A stretch of 64,000 nucleotides of DNA from Octopus sinensis (taxonomy: Eukaryota): positions 6,386,001-6,450,000 of the forward strand of contig NC_043000.1 in the NCBI RefSeq assembly GCF_006345805.1, read 5' to 3'. Position numbers and translations under genes: made by a program. Positions within the stretch are counted from its first letter, which is position 1. Every line of letters starts with the position of its first letter. Shown piece after piece: positions 24,424-38,089 of the stretch. The notes beneath the pieces are model-generated. The model was not told the DNA's origin. It was given only the letters and a program-made list of their open reading frames with translations, and did no database searches.

Positions 24424-25182
24424 TGTTTAATGAAACAAATATATTTCTGAAACTGAAACAAAACTAACGGTAGGTGGAGTGGATGTGTGTGGTGGGGTTA
24501 CATAAATCACTTTTTTTTTGATGGGGAGAAAATGAAAGAAGTTTTGACTTCTTTTCTGAGACCCACTGGCAGGCAAGTGAAACATTGGCAACGTTTTAAC
24601 TCTGATATGTGAAGCATCATGCTAAATAATATATTAGCTGCACCAATTCTACTGACTTCAATGGCTGAGAAATGAGCCAATGAGGAAGCTTTGATATGAA
24701 TGGTCAATCTCTAAGGAATAGCAGCCAAATACCCTTTTCCCCAAATTATATAGCGTTGTCTCATAAAAAGATGGTCGCATCAGATATTTATTTATTTATT
24801 GATTGATTGATTGATTGACTTGTCTGGGGGAAAAAATCTGTGTCCATGATCTTCACAGGTCACCTGTGACTGAAATATAGGTTTATGTCTGTACTATGTC
24901 TGGTAAAAAGAGGGATGGTCACAGATGGAACACCTTTGATCATAAGCCTGCAGGATCAAAGCTGACCTGGAGCTAAACAACAATCCAATATTTTATTTTT
25001 AAAATGTTAACCTATTGGAATCTAAAATATGCAGAAAGATCAGATTTATAAAAGGCTGAAAATGGAAAAGTTATGGCATTTTTGCTCTCCCTTAGTAAAA
25101 TTACAGTAATAGTAAAGTAAAAAGATTTTACTATGAAACTGAAAGTACATGTCACACTAGCTTATTGGAGGCATCTTGGTTG

Positions 25183-25565
25183 TCATCATCATCATCATCA
25201 TCATCATCGATTAATGCCCATTTTCCACACTGGCTTGGGTTGGATGGCTTGACAGGAGCTGGTAAGGCCAGGGGCCACATCAGGTTCCATAGTCTGTTTT
25301 GGCCTGATTTCTACAGCTGGATGCCCTTCCTAATGCCAACCATTTTACAGAGTGTACTGGGTGCTTTTGACATGGCACCAACATGCACACCAATGCTTTT
25401 TACATGGCACCTTGGTTTTAGGAAATCAATTCTGTTGTGGTGGGTGGGTCTTCTCGAGTACATCAATGTGTCACATATCTCGGTCCTCTGTCATCTCCTT
25501 TGTAAGGCTCAGTGTCTTGATATCATTCTTCAATATTTCATCCCATATCCTCCTGGGTCTCTCTC
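25183..25565 (-). mobile_element. RTE LINE 3' end, diverged
   Basis: Minus strand RPRRIWDEILKNDIKTLSLTKEMTEDRDM followed by 3' UTR and (ATG)n tail. Confidence 0.8.
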
Positions 25566-25747
25566 TCTCTCTCACAACGTCCCCCTACTTTAAGGGATCA
25601 GCTGTACTTGCAACAAAATATTGATATCATTCGCAAGGCTTCTGAGATAGAAAATTTAGAAAATTCAGAAAGAAACTTTGTAAAACTGCCATCAGGCCCT
25701 GCTAAGCTGAAGAGACCTCTTAACCCTGTCATGCTGTATTCCCCTTT

Positions 25748-26145
25748 TCTTTTAATTATTTCAGTTATTTCACTGTGGCCATGCTGGAGCACTGCTTTTA
25801 GTCAAACAAATTAATCCCAGGACATATTTTTTGTAAGCCTAGTACTTATTCTATTGGTCTCTTTTGCCAAACTTCTAAGTTGTGGGGATGTAAACACACC
25901 AACATCAGTTATCAAGCGATGGTGGTGGGGGGACAAACACAGACACACACTCAAATACACACACACACACCTATATATATACAACGGGCTTCTTTTAGTT
26001 TCCGTCTACCAAATCCACTCACAAGGTTTTAGTTGGCCCGAGGCTACAAGTAGAAAACACGAGCCCACGGTGCCATGAACTGGAACTGTATCAAGAACCA
26101 CATGGTTGGGAAGCAAGCTTCTTAACACACGGCCATGCTCCTCCT
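25748..26145 (-). mobile_element. SINE family A, diverged
   Basis: Tail-to-head motif order on the minus strand. Confidence 0.85.
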
Positions 26146-27119
26146 ATATTCTTACTACACAGCCATGGCAGAAATAAGTTAAACATCATCTCTACTGGAT
26201 TCTCAGTAAAGAAGAAATGAACAATATATGTAGAAAAAGAAGATGCAGCCAATTCTGTTCATTAGTTTGCCTGCAGTTGTTACTTATCATCATTTAACTT
26301 CCACCTTCCATGCTGGCATGGGTTGGATGATTTGACAGGAGCTGGCCAGGCCAAAGACTGCATCAGACCTCTGTGTCTGTTTTGGCATGGTCTTTATGGC
26401 TGGATGCCCTTACTGACCCCAACTTCTCCACAGAGTTGACTGAGTGATTTTTACATGGCACCAGCTCAAGCAAGATCAGCTTTGGTATGGTTCTTATGGT
26501 GGATGCCCTTCCAAATGCCAACTACTTTATGCTGGGGACTGAATGTTTTTTATATGGCACCAGCATTGGCAGGGTCACCAAGTAACTTGCAAGACAAAGA
26601 AATTTTGAGAGGAGAGAGGGCATTGGAGGTGGTGATCTTATGTCAGATGATGAAAGGTTAGAGTGTGACAAAGAGACAGAGACACAGAAACAGGTGTCTT
26701 GTTATAGATGAGGTACATGGTTACCTGGCCAGAGAGAGAGTGATCAAGAACGAGAACAGAAACAGGTGTGCTGCTGTGAAGGAAATACATGGTTACCCAT
26801 CCAGAGGGAAAACCCAGAGAAAGCGAAAGAGGGTGTCAGACAACAAGATGCGTGAGAGAGCAGGAAAAAGATAGCGTATGTGCAAATATTTATTTTGGGA
26901 GCTCAGAAACCCTGGTGAAGAGTACAATTAGATACAGGGGTCCCAGGTCAGAGAGAGTTAATCCTTTCGATACCAACCCACTCAAGACCACCCATAGTTC
27001 TATGATACAAATTCCCTGTTTTAAAGGGATCTAAATGAAAACCTTCTGCCAAAATTTCATGTTAACTTACATTCCAGACACCAGCTTAATAAGGGCAATG
27101 CTTTTTCATGGGATTCTTT

Positions 27120-27328
27120 TATTCTTTTACTTGTTTCAGTCATTTGACTGTAGCCATGCTGGAGCACTGCCTTTAGTCGAGCAAATCGACCCCAGGACTT
27201 ATTTCTTGTAAGCCTAGTACTTATTCTATCAGTCTCTCTTGCTAAACCGCTAAGTGACGGGAACGTAAACACACCAGCATTGGTTGTCAAGCGATGTTGG
27301 GGGGACAAACACAGACACACAAACATAT

Positions 27329-27408
<80 letters not shown>

Positions 27409-27591
27409 CTCCTGTCACAACCTGGGACTTTGAAGACTGCTTAAATGCAAGAAAGTATACTAGTCCCTTAATATTTGATATTCAATATTTCATCTATTCA
27501 ATAAGACAATCAATACTTCATTTCATTTTACTATATATATATTTTCTTTGAATAATATATATCCCTCTATACACAATCATACAAACCCCTT

Positions 27592-27637
<46 letters not shown>

Positions 27638-27800
27638 CGATGGGCTTCTTTCAGTTTCAGTCTACGAAATCCACTCACAAGGCTTGGGTCAGCCCGAGGC
27701 TATAGCAGAAGACACTTGCCCAAAGTGCCACATAGTGGGACTGAACCCGGAACCATGTGGTTGGTAAGCAAGCTACTTACCACACGGCCACTCCTGTGCC
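27120..27800 (-). mobile_element. SINE family A, split at its internal (TA)n by ~200 bp of other DNA
   Basis: 3' half at 27120-27345 and 5' half at 27600-27800. Confidence 0.8.
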
Positions 27801-28069
27801 TATATTTCTGCACCTAGATTCATTATTTTTAAAATTAGATGAAACAAAGGCAATGTATTTCAACAGGATTATGATAACAATGATGTTAAAATTCAAAGGT
27901 GTTGTGCAATTTAAAAACTTTTTCCAAGGAGCTCAGCAAATAGTGATGAACTACTTCTTAGATCTCTGGGCTCTGACACTAATGTTCTGGTTGAATACCT
28001 CTTATAGGTCCTGATCATACATATATCTTAGGTGGAAGACTTCAGGTTACAGCAATATATAATTGATGA

Positions 28070-28400
28070 TATACTTAAGGAGCACTCTGTTGGTTACGAT
28101 GATGAGGGTCCCAGATGATCTGATCAACTGAACAGCCTGCTCGTGAAATTAACGTACAAGTGACTAAGCAATCCACAGACACATGTACCCCTAACGTAGT
28201 TCCCAGGGAAATTCAGTGTGACACAGAGTGTGACGAGGCTGGCCCTTTGAAATACAAGTATCACTAATTTTTGCCAGCTGAGTGGACTGGAGCAACGTGA
28301 AATAAGGTGCCTTGCTCAAGGACACAACGCGTCGCCAGGAATCAAACTCACGACTTTACAATCGTGAGCTGAATGCCCTAACCACTAAGCCATGTGCCTA
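28070..28400 (-). mobile_element. SINE family C subfamily
   Basis: ccttgctcaaggacacaac..aggaatcaaactc..ctaaccactaagccatgtgcc. Confidence 0.8.
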
Positions 28401-28912
28401 TCTTAGAAATTGGAAGAGCGCTAATAAATATATTAGCAACAGCATGAGCTTTGTGGCTAAGAACATTTTGTACTACAGCTACGAGACAACCAATGTCTTG
28501 TGAGTGAAAGAGGCAAAAGGGAGCTGAAGAAGCCTATTTGTGTGTGTGTGTGTGTGTGTCTGTCTGTCTGTCTGTCCGCCTGTGTATGTATGTGCATGCA
28601 TGAAAAGGCAATGACACAGTTTTGCGACTTTCTGCTGCCTTGATGTTTGCTTTTACCCAGCTCATCCAGATTGCCAACTAACTCACAAAGTCATGTACAC
28701 CTATTATTACTGGTATAAATGTGTATTTTATAATCTGGATACAGAAGCTGGAGGTTTTGAAGCAATTGTCCATAGTTATCCTCTTTCTGGTTGATTTTCA
28801 AAGAGATTTTTATATCAGCAGGACAGCTGATCTCTATGGAGGGACATACTTTTACTTGTGTAAAACACTTACTTGTGTAGGTTTGTGTTTTGTTCTATGT
28901 AAGTATTCTCAT

Positions 28913-29081
28913 GTATGCCTAGATATGCGTACATATACACATATACTCAGGTTGTATGCCTAGATATGCGTACATATACTCAGGTTGTATGCCTAGATAT
29001 GCGTACATATACTCAGGTTGTATGCCTAGATATGCGTACATATACTCAGGTTGTATGCCTGGATATGCGTACATATACTCA
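28913..29081 (+). repeat. 33-bp minisatellite, ~5 copies
   Basis: Unit tatgcctagatatgcgtacatatactcaggttg. Confidence 0.95.
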
Positions 29082-29558
29082 AATGCTAAACTTCTGGAAA
29101 GTTTTACAAATCTTTGCATTATTGTTGATGGCTTGAATCTGTAGTCTTCAAATGAGCTTTCTCATTCTTGGCTTTGAGAATCCAAATTTCTCACGATTGA
29201 TACTTAGGTAGTTTGTTCCATATCCTAGTGCCCCAATAATTACAGGTATATACCTGAACTTGTAATCCAGGTAGAGTTAAGTGAGAAACAAGTTAAAGTA
29301 TCTCTTTGAGTCATGCTGACTCATAAGAGCCAGTTTCTTGGTTTCCATAGTTTATAAGTTCTCCACCTGGATAGGATGCTAGTCCATCACGGGATTACTG
29401 AGTGGGCTGGAACAAATGTGAAAAGAAGTGTTTTGCTCAAGAACATAATGCAATGCCCAGTCCAGGAATCGAAACTACAATCTTAGTCATGAGTCCAATA
29501 CCCTAACCACTAACTCATGCATTTCTACATCCAGGTAGAGTACCTGTAAGTTTCTCAA

Positions 29559-29720
29559 TAGGCACAGGAGTGGCTGTTTGGTAAGTAGCTTGCTTACGAA
29601 CCACATGGTTCTGGGTTCAGTCCCACTGCGTGGCACTTTGGGCAAGTGTCTTCTACTATAGCCTCGGGCCGACCAAAGCCTTGTGAGTGGATTTGGTAGA
29701 CGGAAACTGAAAGAAGCCTG

Positions 29721-29763
<43 letters not shown>

Positions 29764-29989
29764 TATGTGTGTGTATATGTTTGTGTATCTGTGTTTGTCC
29801 TCCCAACATCACTTGACAACCGATGCTGGTGTGTTTACGTCCCTGTAACTTAGTGGCTCGGCAAAAGAGACTGATAGAATAAGTACTAGGCTTACAAAGA
29901 ATAAGTCCTGGGGTCGATTTGTTCGACTAGAGACGGTGCTCCAGCATGGCCACAGTCACATGACTGAAGCAAGTAAAAGAGTAAAGAGA
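29559..29989 (+). mobile_element. SINE family A
   Basis: Full consensus. Confidence 0.92.
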
Positions 29990-30087
29990 GTTCAGCATGT
30001 GTGTTTTCTTTCTCACTGATCTTTAGCTTTATGTTGACACCTGCTGGGCAGCTGATTTCCACAACTGTACATCTTCACTGTCCCAAA

Positions 30088-30480
30088 TCTATTATATAAA
30101 ATCCGTTCTGTCTGTCTGTGTGTGTGTCTTCTAGGATCTCAGGCATCCTCAATCTGAGTGTGCTCAAATTTGATATGTAGATACCGACGGTATCAGGGCG
30201 TGTATAAGTCTTGAAAAAATTACAAAAATCAATTCCAGGTGAGAATGCGATCGATAAAGCCACAGGAACGTGCATTTGTATGTGCAAGTACGTCAGCTGT
30301 TGTGAGAAAAAGTCTATCTTTATTTCTTCTTTTGCTGGGTCTCAATTTTAGGTTAAATCAGCGTTTCTCAAAGGGGAGGCCTATGGGACGGTCAGACAAG
30401 TTGTTTTGAGAAAATTTGGTTTAAATGTTTGACAACTCAGCACTGTCCATTGGACGGGGGAGCGTTTTGCTCGTCACTAT
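30088..30480 (+). mobile_element. Non-autonomous Helitron-like element
   Basis: 5' a|TCtattatataaaa followed by (ctgt)n; 3' hairpin gagc-gtttt-gctc a few nt before ctat (CTRR-like, imperfect). Confidence 0.55.
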
Positions 30481-31284
30481 ATATATATATATGTATGTAT
30501 GTATATATGCGTGTATGCGTGTGTGTATATTTGTGTGTGGTGTGTGTATGTAAGCATGTGTGTCTGTATGTGTGCATGTGTTTCTGTGTGGAAAATTGTA
30601 TTTGTTCTCACAGCTTCATTATCAATACAGATTCATTATGAATCAGGAAAGCTTGTCCCGGCTTCTTGACATGTTACATGATCCTTGCAAACAATAAGTT
30701 CATTCAAATCAGTTGTTTGTGTTCCAGTTCTCCATGTACGCATATCCAGTCTGTTTGTTATTTAATAGACCTGGGAAGTATTACTTCACTTGGTAACAAG
30801 TAGGGGTTAGCAACAAGAAGGGACCCCAGCTGCCCTAATATAATATTTTTGTCTTGCCAATACAAGTATGGTAAAATAGATGTTAAAAACAACAGCATGG
30901 CTTTTGTTTCCAGTTCACTGTGTAACGATGTCCAGGTGTGTTCATTGTTTTGACAGACAATGGGAAATATTGGTTTCAAATTTTGGCACAAGGCCAGCAA
31001 TTGTAGGGGGAGGGGGAGGGGGAAAGTCGATTATATCAACTGCCAGAGCACAACTGGTACTTATTTTATTGACCCCGAAAGGATGAAAGGCAAATTTGGT
31101 GGAATTTGAACTTGAAATGTAGCGAGGGGCAAAAGAGAAATATATCAACCTTGCTTGGAACAAAAGAGAAACATTAACCTTGCTTGGAAACAGGTGAACG
31201 TTGATAATAGGAAGGGCATCTGCCCGGAGAAAATTTGTCTCAACTCCATCTGACCCATACAGGTATGGAAAAGCAAGCATGATG

Positions 31285-31379
31285 ATGATGATGATGATGA
31301 CGATGTTGTTTGATGATTGATGATGATGATGATGACTGGTGACTGGTGGTTGATGATTGATGATTGATGATGATGATGG

Positions 31380-31417
<38 letters not shown>

Positions 31418-31490
31418 GGTGATTGATGATGATGATGATGATGATGATGATTGGTGATTGATGATGATGATGATGATGACGACGATGACA
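31285..31490 (+). repeat. (GAT)n microsatellite with variants
   Basis: Direct inspection. Confidence 0.9.
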
Positions 31491-32027
31491 ATAAATATAT
31501 TGTTTTAGTAGATAGGTGAAAGACTTCAGTTATCAATAACATATATTGATGATATATTGTTAGCTTTAAATAAGTGAAAAACCTTCAGGTTATGACAATA
31601 TATATTGATGACACATTGATATCTTATTAAGTACGCGACAAGATATTGATTTCCTTTTTTTTTTCATAGATACAGTCAATATATCAGATCTAAAGGTGAG
31701 GGCAAATATAAACATGTAATATTTGTGTAGTGTTGTGATTATCTATGCCATTGAAATAAAGTAGTTACAATTGGGACTCGGATTTCATAACAAACAAGGC
31801 TTGTGAAGAACTTATTTCCACAGCACTAATACAGGTACAGATGTGGCAGTATGGTTTAAAAGCATACTCCCCAACCACATGGTTTCAGGTTCATTCCCAC
31901 TACATGGTACTTTGAGTGTCAAGTGTCACGTGTCTTCTGCTGTATCCTTAGACTGGCCTAAGCTAATTTTTGGGACTTTTATTCTTGGTAGACAGAATCT
32001 GAAAGAAGCCTGTTGGGCACATATAGA

Positions 32028-32236
32028 TGAGGGGCAGCTGAAAAGTTCCTTGCTTTGGGTGAAAGAAAACACAGGTGGATCAGATGATTATGATTTTATT
32101 CAATGCATTCTCCTCTCAGGTTCATGCACTTATTGCAGCAGTCCTTCAGTTTTTCTAAGCTCTGTAAAAGAACTTGGAAGGTTGGACTTCCAATTGTGCT
32201 TTTTACGATACCCTTGAAGCCAGGAACTTTCTTCCC
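32028..32236. mobile_element. Mariner-type MITE, decayed
   Basis: tgaggggcagctgaaaagttcc ... aagccaggaactttc TIR remnants. Confidence 0.6.
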
Positions 32237-33009
32237 TTTGCGCGCACGTGTGTGTGTGTCTGTACATGCATGCATGTGTGTGTGTGTATTTGTGTGTTTG
32301 TGTGTGTGTATGTAAATGCATATATATATATATATATATACATTTTTATTCTTTTTATTTTATTTGTTTCAGTCATTTGACTGCAGCATTCCTGGAGTAC
32401 CACCTTTTAGTCAAAGAAATCAACCCCAGGCCTTATTCTTTGTAAGCCTGGTACTTATTCGATCAGTCTCTTTTGCCGAACTGCTAAGTTCACAGCATCG
32501 GCTCTCAGGCAGTGGTGGTGGGGACAAGCACACACACACACACAAGCACAAACACACACACATATACACATCAGATGACCATGTGACCAACAAGGCCATC
32601 AGATGTTACACACATCGCTGGTCACAATGCACTTTGCATTGTTTTAGTCTTAAAAAGACACCAGCCAACTGGGTAGATGATCAGGCCATCATTACTCCCT
32701 TATTGAAAGAAGGACTAGAGCAACATGAAATGAAGTATTTTGCTTAAGAATACTTTGTGCCGTTTGGTCTGGTAATCAAACCCACGATCTAATAATCATG
32801 AGTGCAACACTAAACACTTGGCCAAGCGCCATCATATACACACACACACGCACACACCCAAGAACATGTAGGTTCCTCTGGTATGTTCAAACCCAAGAAA
32901 AGCTCATAATAGACCCAGGCCAGATGGGAAAAATAGTCTCCATTTAAAGAAGAACATTAAGTGTTACAGTAATCAGTATTAAATCAGTACTAACTATATG
33001 CGTGACTTA

Positions 33010-33530
33010 CCGTAAATCCTCAAGTATAATCCGCAATTTTTTCCCAAAATCTAAAGGTCAAAATCCCTAGTGCGTACTATATATGAGGTTAAAAATGAAA
33101 AATATATTCTAAGCAATGTCCAAGTCCCTATTTGCTGTCCGGCAATGTTTACTCAGGTGCATTTTGTGATGTCGGGCGCAAAAATACCTTAAGCTAAGCC
33201 TGAAAGCAATGAAGTCATAAAAGAATCATCCATAACTTGCAGTAAGCAACATTTATTAAACGTTATTACTGTTATTACTGTTATTTCTTTATTTTCTGCA
33301 AAGAAAATGTACAAAAAAGCCACACGTTTGCATTGTGTTATATATACAATAATAATAAAGGACGTTACCGTATACAGTTTTACAAACCAAGGACGGTATA
33401 TAGACCTCATTGACTGAAGTTAGAGAAGGGGTGCGTATTATACACAAGGTTTAGGTTTTTCAGAGGTGCAGCCCCCTAAAAATCCCCTGTGTATTATACT
33501 CAAGGGTGGCCTATACTCAAGGATTTACAG
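33010..33530. mobile_element. Tc2/pogo-like MITE, inverted relative to 17755-18248
   Basis: TA|ccgtaaatcctcaagtataat ... tatactcaaggatttacag|TA; the body is the reverse complement of the first copy. Confidence 0.85.
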
Positions 33531-34233
33531 TATGTATAAAGATTATAAGTCTACACATGTACATGTATACACCTGCAAGTAATAGAACACAATAGTGGAA
33601 ATGAAACAACATACTTGAAAGATACCAAAGGGTATCATCTTAACAGTGGTATAGGCAGAGATTGTGCCACTAGGGGCAACCCATGAGTTTGCTTCCCTCC
33701 TCCCATCTCCCTGGGTCTCCAATCCTACATAAGCTTATACAGTTGACTCAAAAATGCTGCCCCCATCAAAGCATCATCCAAGATGGACTGCTTCATCTTG
33801 CCCCACCCAGCAACCATATTGCCTTTTTGCCTCTAATAGAAATACATCCCTCAAAATTTTAGGGCCATACCTACAGGCCCATCTGCCCTCACCTACATCT
33901 GATCTACATGATTCCATATAGTTTCCATCACTGAAATTTCTCTGATAGGGGTTTGGTTGACTCTGGGCTATTGTAGAAGTCTCTTGCTTAAGAGGTTGCG
34001 CAGAGTGGTCAAACATGAAACCATGGGCAGTGAACTTGTTAACTGGACAGTTGATAACCACACAGTATGTATTCAATCAATTAGTCTAATGCAAAACAAA
34101 TATATATATTCAAACTCAACTAGCATTACAAGTTTAACTTCATAAATAATACTTTGACATATGCAAGACAAAGAGAAAAATAAGTAAATATATATACACA
34201 CACATATATATATACAATATATATATATATATA

Positions 34234-34268
<35 letters not shown>

Positions 34269-34574
34269 CATATATATATATACATATATATATTATGTAT
34301 GTATGTATGTATGTATGTATGTATGTATGTATGTGTATTTGGGGATGTGTATGTGTGTATGCATGTGTGGTTGTTTGTGGTGCTGTAAATAATATATATA
34401 TATATATATCTATATATATAATATAAAATAAATAAGAGAGTGGTCACTATATGGCTCACTCTAGCACCAGTTAATCCAAAAGGTTCAAACCACAAAAATA
34501 CATGTTTCCCCTGAAAGTCAGTACGATTGTTAGCTCACACGGACAGGGCAAATAAAAATCAAAAATACAGATTA

Positions 34575-34654
34575 TTTTGGGACATTGTTTCGCTATTAAT
34601 GAATTAAATGTAATTTTACTTACAAAAAATCCACTTGTAGCTCCTCAGCCAAAA
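34575..34654 (-). ncRNA. Hammerhead copy on the minus strand (1-nt deletion in helix III)
   Basis: Plus text ttttgggacattgtttcgcta...tagctcctcagccaaaa. Confidence 0.7.
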
Positions 34655-35106
34655 CTATCTGGATGAAATCCACTCAATCACACGCCAGATTTTACCATAA
34701 CGATAAATACACGTGTGGTTCAATTGATTACATCCGACGTTATAATTCAAATGCCCCAACTAACAGCGCGCCAAATTTTCACGGAAAACAAATACAGCAT
34801 TTAGAAATAAATGCAGCATAATTATAATTAATTAATAAGGGTGAGAGAATTAGATACTAATTTAATAGTATATCTATTCTACACCAAGTGGCCTAGTGCT
34901 CCGAGAACCTGGATTATTATAATATTTTATAATATATTATAATATTTTTACAAAATAAATATAAGAGAGTGGTCACTATATGGCTCACTCTAGCACCAGT
35001 TAATCCAAGGGTTTCACCACAAAAATACATGTTTCCCATGAAAGTCAGTACGATTATTAGCTCACAACACGGACAGGGCAAATAAAAATAACAAAAATAC
35101 AGATTA

Positions 35107-35186
35107 TTTTGGGACATTGTTTCGCTATTAATGAATTAAATGTATTTTACTACAAAAAAAATCCACTTGTAGCTCCTCAGCCAAAA
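35107..35186 (-). ncRNA. Hammerhead copy on the minus strand (1-nt deletion in helix III)
   Basis: Same as 34575-34654. Confidence 0.7.
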
Positions 35187-35641
35187 CTATCTGGATGAAA
35201 TCCACTCAATCACACGCCAGATTTTACCATAACGATAATACACGTGTGGTTCAATTGATTACATCCGACGTTATAATTCAAATTCAAATGCCCCAACTAA
35301 CAGCGCGCCAAATTTTCACGGAAAACAAATACAGCATTTAGAAATAATGCAGCATAATTATAATTAATTAAAATAGGGTGAGAAATTAGATACTAATTTA
35401 ATAGTATATCTATTCTACACCAAGTGGCCTAGTGCTCCGAGAAACCTGGATTATTATAATATTTTATAATATATTATAATATTTTTACAAAATAAATATA
35501 AAGAGTGGTCACTATATGGCTCACTCTAGCACCAGTTAATCCAAAAGGTTTCAACCACAAAAATACATGTTTCCCATGAAAGTCAGTACGATTGTTAGCT
35601 CACACGGACAGGGCAAATAAAAATAACAAAAATACAGATTA

Positions 35642-35721
35642 TTTTGGACAATTGTTTCGCTATTAATGAATTAAATGTAATTTTACTTACAAAAAATCCA
35701 CTTGTAGCTCCTCAGCCAAAA
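35642..35721 (-). ncRNA. Hammerhead copy on the minus strand (helix III intact; one C missing next to the cleavage site)
   Basis: Plus text ttttggacaattgtttcgcta...tagctcctcagccaaaa. Confidence 0.7.
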
Positions 35722-36156
35722 CTATCTGGATGAAATCCACTCAATCACACGCCAGATTTTACCATAACGATAATACCGTGTGGTTCAATTGATTACATCC
35801 GACGTTATAATTCAAATGCCCCAACTAACAGCGCGCCAAATTTTCACGAAAACAAATACAGCATTTAGAAATAAATGCAGCATAATTATAATTAATAATC
35901 CAGGTTTCTCGGAGCACTAGCCACTTGGTTAGAATAGATATACTATTAAATTAGTATCTAATTCTCTCACCCTTATTAATTAATTATAATTATGCTGCAT
36001 TTATTTCTAAATGCTGTATTTGTTTTCCGTGAAAATTTGGCGCGCTGTTAGTTGGGGCATTTGAATTATAACGTCGGATGTAATCAATTGAACCACACGT
36101 GTATTTATCGTTATGGTAAAATCTGGCGTGTGATTGAGTGGATTTCATCCAGATAG

Positions 36157-36236
36157 TTTTGGCTGAGGAGCTACAAGTGGATTTTTTTGTAAGTAAAATT
36201 ACATTTAATCATTAATAGCGAAACAATTGTCCCCAA
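36157..36236 (+). ncRNA. Hammerhead copy: core intact, stem I 3' strand altered
   Basis: ttttggctgaggagcta...tagcgaaacaattgtc|cccaat; site after C36231. Confidence 0.75.
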
Positions 36237-36684
36237 TATCTATGTATTTTTGTTATTTTTTTTTGCCCTGTCCGTGTGAGCTAACAATCGTACTGACTTT
36301 CATGGGAACATGTATTTTTGTGGTTGAAACCTTTTGGATTAACTGGTGCTAGAGTGAGCCATATAGTGCCACTCTCTTATATTTATTTTGTAAAAATATT
36401 ATAATATATTAAAAATATTATATAATCCAGGTTTCTCTCGGAGCACTAAGCCACTTGTGTAGAATAGATATACTATTAAATTAGTATCTAATTCTCTCAC
36501 CCTTATTAATTAATTATAATTATGCTGCATTTATTTCTAATGCTGTATTTGTTTTCCGTGAAAATTTGGCGCGCTGTTAGTTGGGGCATTTGAATTATAA
36601 CGTCGGATGTAATCAATTGAACCACACGTGTATTTATCGTTATGGTAAAATCTGGCGTGTGATTGATGGATTTCATCCAGATAG

Positions 36685-36767
36685 TTTTGGCTGAGGAGCT
36701 ACAAGTGGATTTTTTTTGTAAGTAAAATTACATTTAATTCATTAATAGCGAAACAATTGTCCCAAAA
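36685..36767 (+). ncRNA. Canonical type-I hammerhead ribozyme with a long stem II loop (intact copy)
   Basis: UUUUGG CUGAGGA GCUA [long AU-rich loop] UAGC GAAA CAAUUG UC|CCAAAA; cleavage predicted after C36761. Confidence 0.9.
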
Positions 36768-37216
36768 TAATCTGTATTTTTGTTATTTTTTATTTGCCCT
36801 GTCCGTGTGAGCTAACAATCGTACTGACTTTCATGGGAAACTGTATTTTGTGGTTGAAACCTTTTGGATTAACTGGTGCTAGAGTGAGCCATATAGTGAC
36901 CACTCTCTTATATTTATTTTGTAAAAATATTATAATATATTATAAAATATTATAATAATCCAGGTTTCTTGGAGCACTAGGCCACTTGGTGTAGAATAGA
37001 TATACTATTAAATTAGTATCTAATTCTCTCACCCTTATTAATTAATTATAATTATGCTGCATTTATTTCTAATGCTGTATTTGTTTTCCGTGAAAATTTG
37101 GCGCGCTGTTAGTTGGGGCATTTGAATTATAACGTCGGATGTAATCAATTGAACCACACGTGTTTTATCGTTATGGTAAAATCTGGCGTGTGATTGAGTG
37201 GATTTCATCCAGATAG

Positions 37217-37295
37217 TTTTGGCTGAGGCTACAAGTGGATTTTTTTGTAAGTAAAATTACATTTATTCATTAATAGCGAAACAATTGTCCCAAAA
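37217..37295 (+). ncRNA. Hammerhead copy with a 2-nt core deletion (CUGAG GCUA)
   Basis: ttttggctgaggcta...tagcgaaacaattgtc|ccaaaa. Confidence 0.6.
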
Positions 37296-37571
37296 TAATC
37301 TGTATTTTTGTTATTTTTTATTTGCCCTGTCCGTGTGAGCTAACAATCGTACTGACTTTCATGGAAACATGTATTTTTGTGGTTGAAACCTTTTGGATTA
37401 ACTGGTGCTAGAGTGAGCCATATAGTGACCACTCTCTTATATTTATTTTGTAAAAATATTATAATATATTATAAAATATTATAATAATCCAGGTTTCTCG
37501 GAGCACTAGACCACTTGGTGTAGAATAGATATACTATTAAATTAGTATCTAATTCTCTCACCCTTATTAAT

Positions 37572-37656
<85 letters not shown>

Positions 37657-37659
<3 letters not shown>

Positions 37660-38015
37660 CATCATCATCATCATCGTCGTTTAACGTCCGTTCTCCATGC
37701 TAGCATGGGTTGGACGGTTCGACCGGGGTTCTGGGAAGCCAGAAGGCTGCACCAGGCTCCAGTCTAATTTGGCAATGTTTCTACAGCTGGATGCCCTTCC
37801 TAACGCCAACCACTCCGTGAGTGTAGTGGGTGCTTTTTACGTGCCACCTGCACAGGTGCCAGGCGGGGCTGGCAACGGCCACGGTCAGATTGGTGTATTT
37901 TATGTGCCACCGGCACGGAAGCCAGTCGAGGCGGTGCTGGCATCGGCCACGAGTCGGATAGTGCTTTTTACGTACCACCAGACCAGGGATCCTGGCTGGT
38001 TCAATTCGATTTCGA
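37657..38015 (-). mobile_element. RTE LINE 3' end
   Basis: (cat)n cgtttaacgtccgttctccatgctagc... with cacgtgccacc subrepeats. Confidence 0.85.
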
Positions 38016-38051
38016 TTTGTATATATATATATATGTATATATATATACATA

Positions 38052-38084
<33 letters not shown>

Positions 38085-38089
<5 letters not shown>

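Larger units (their letters stand above)
34426..37575. repeat. Head-to-head array of a ~530-bp hammerhead-bearing unit (~2.8 copies, then ~3.2 inverted copies), flanked by (TA)n
   Basis: ataagagagtggtcac at 34432, 34961 and ~35498; inversion junction at ~35895; inverted units start at ~35896, 36424, 36957 and 37486. Confidence 0.95.
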
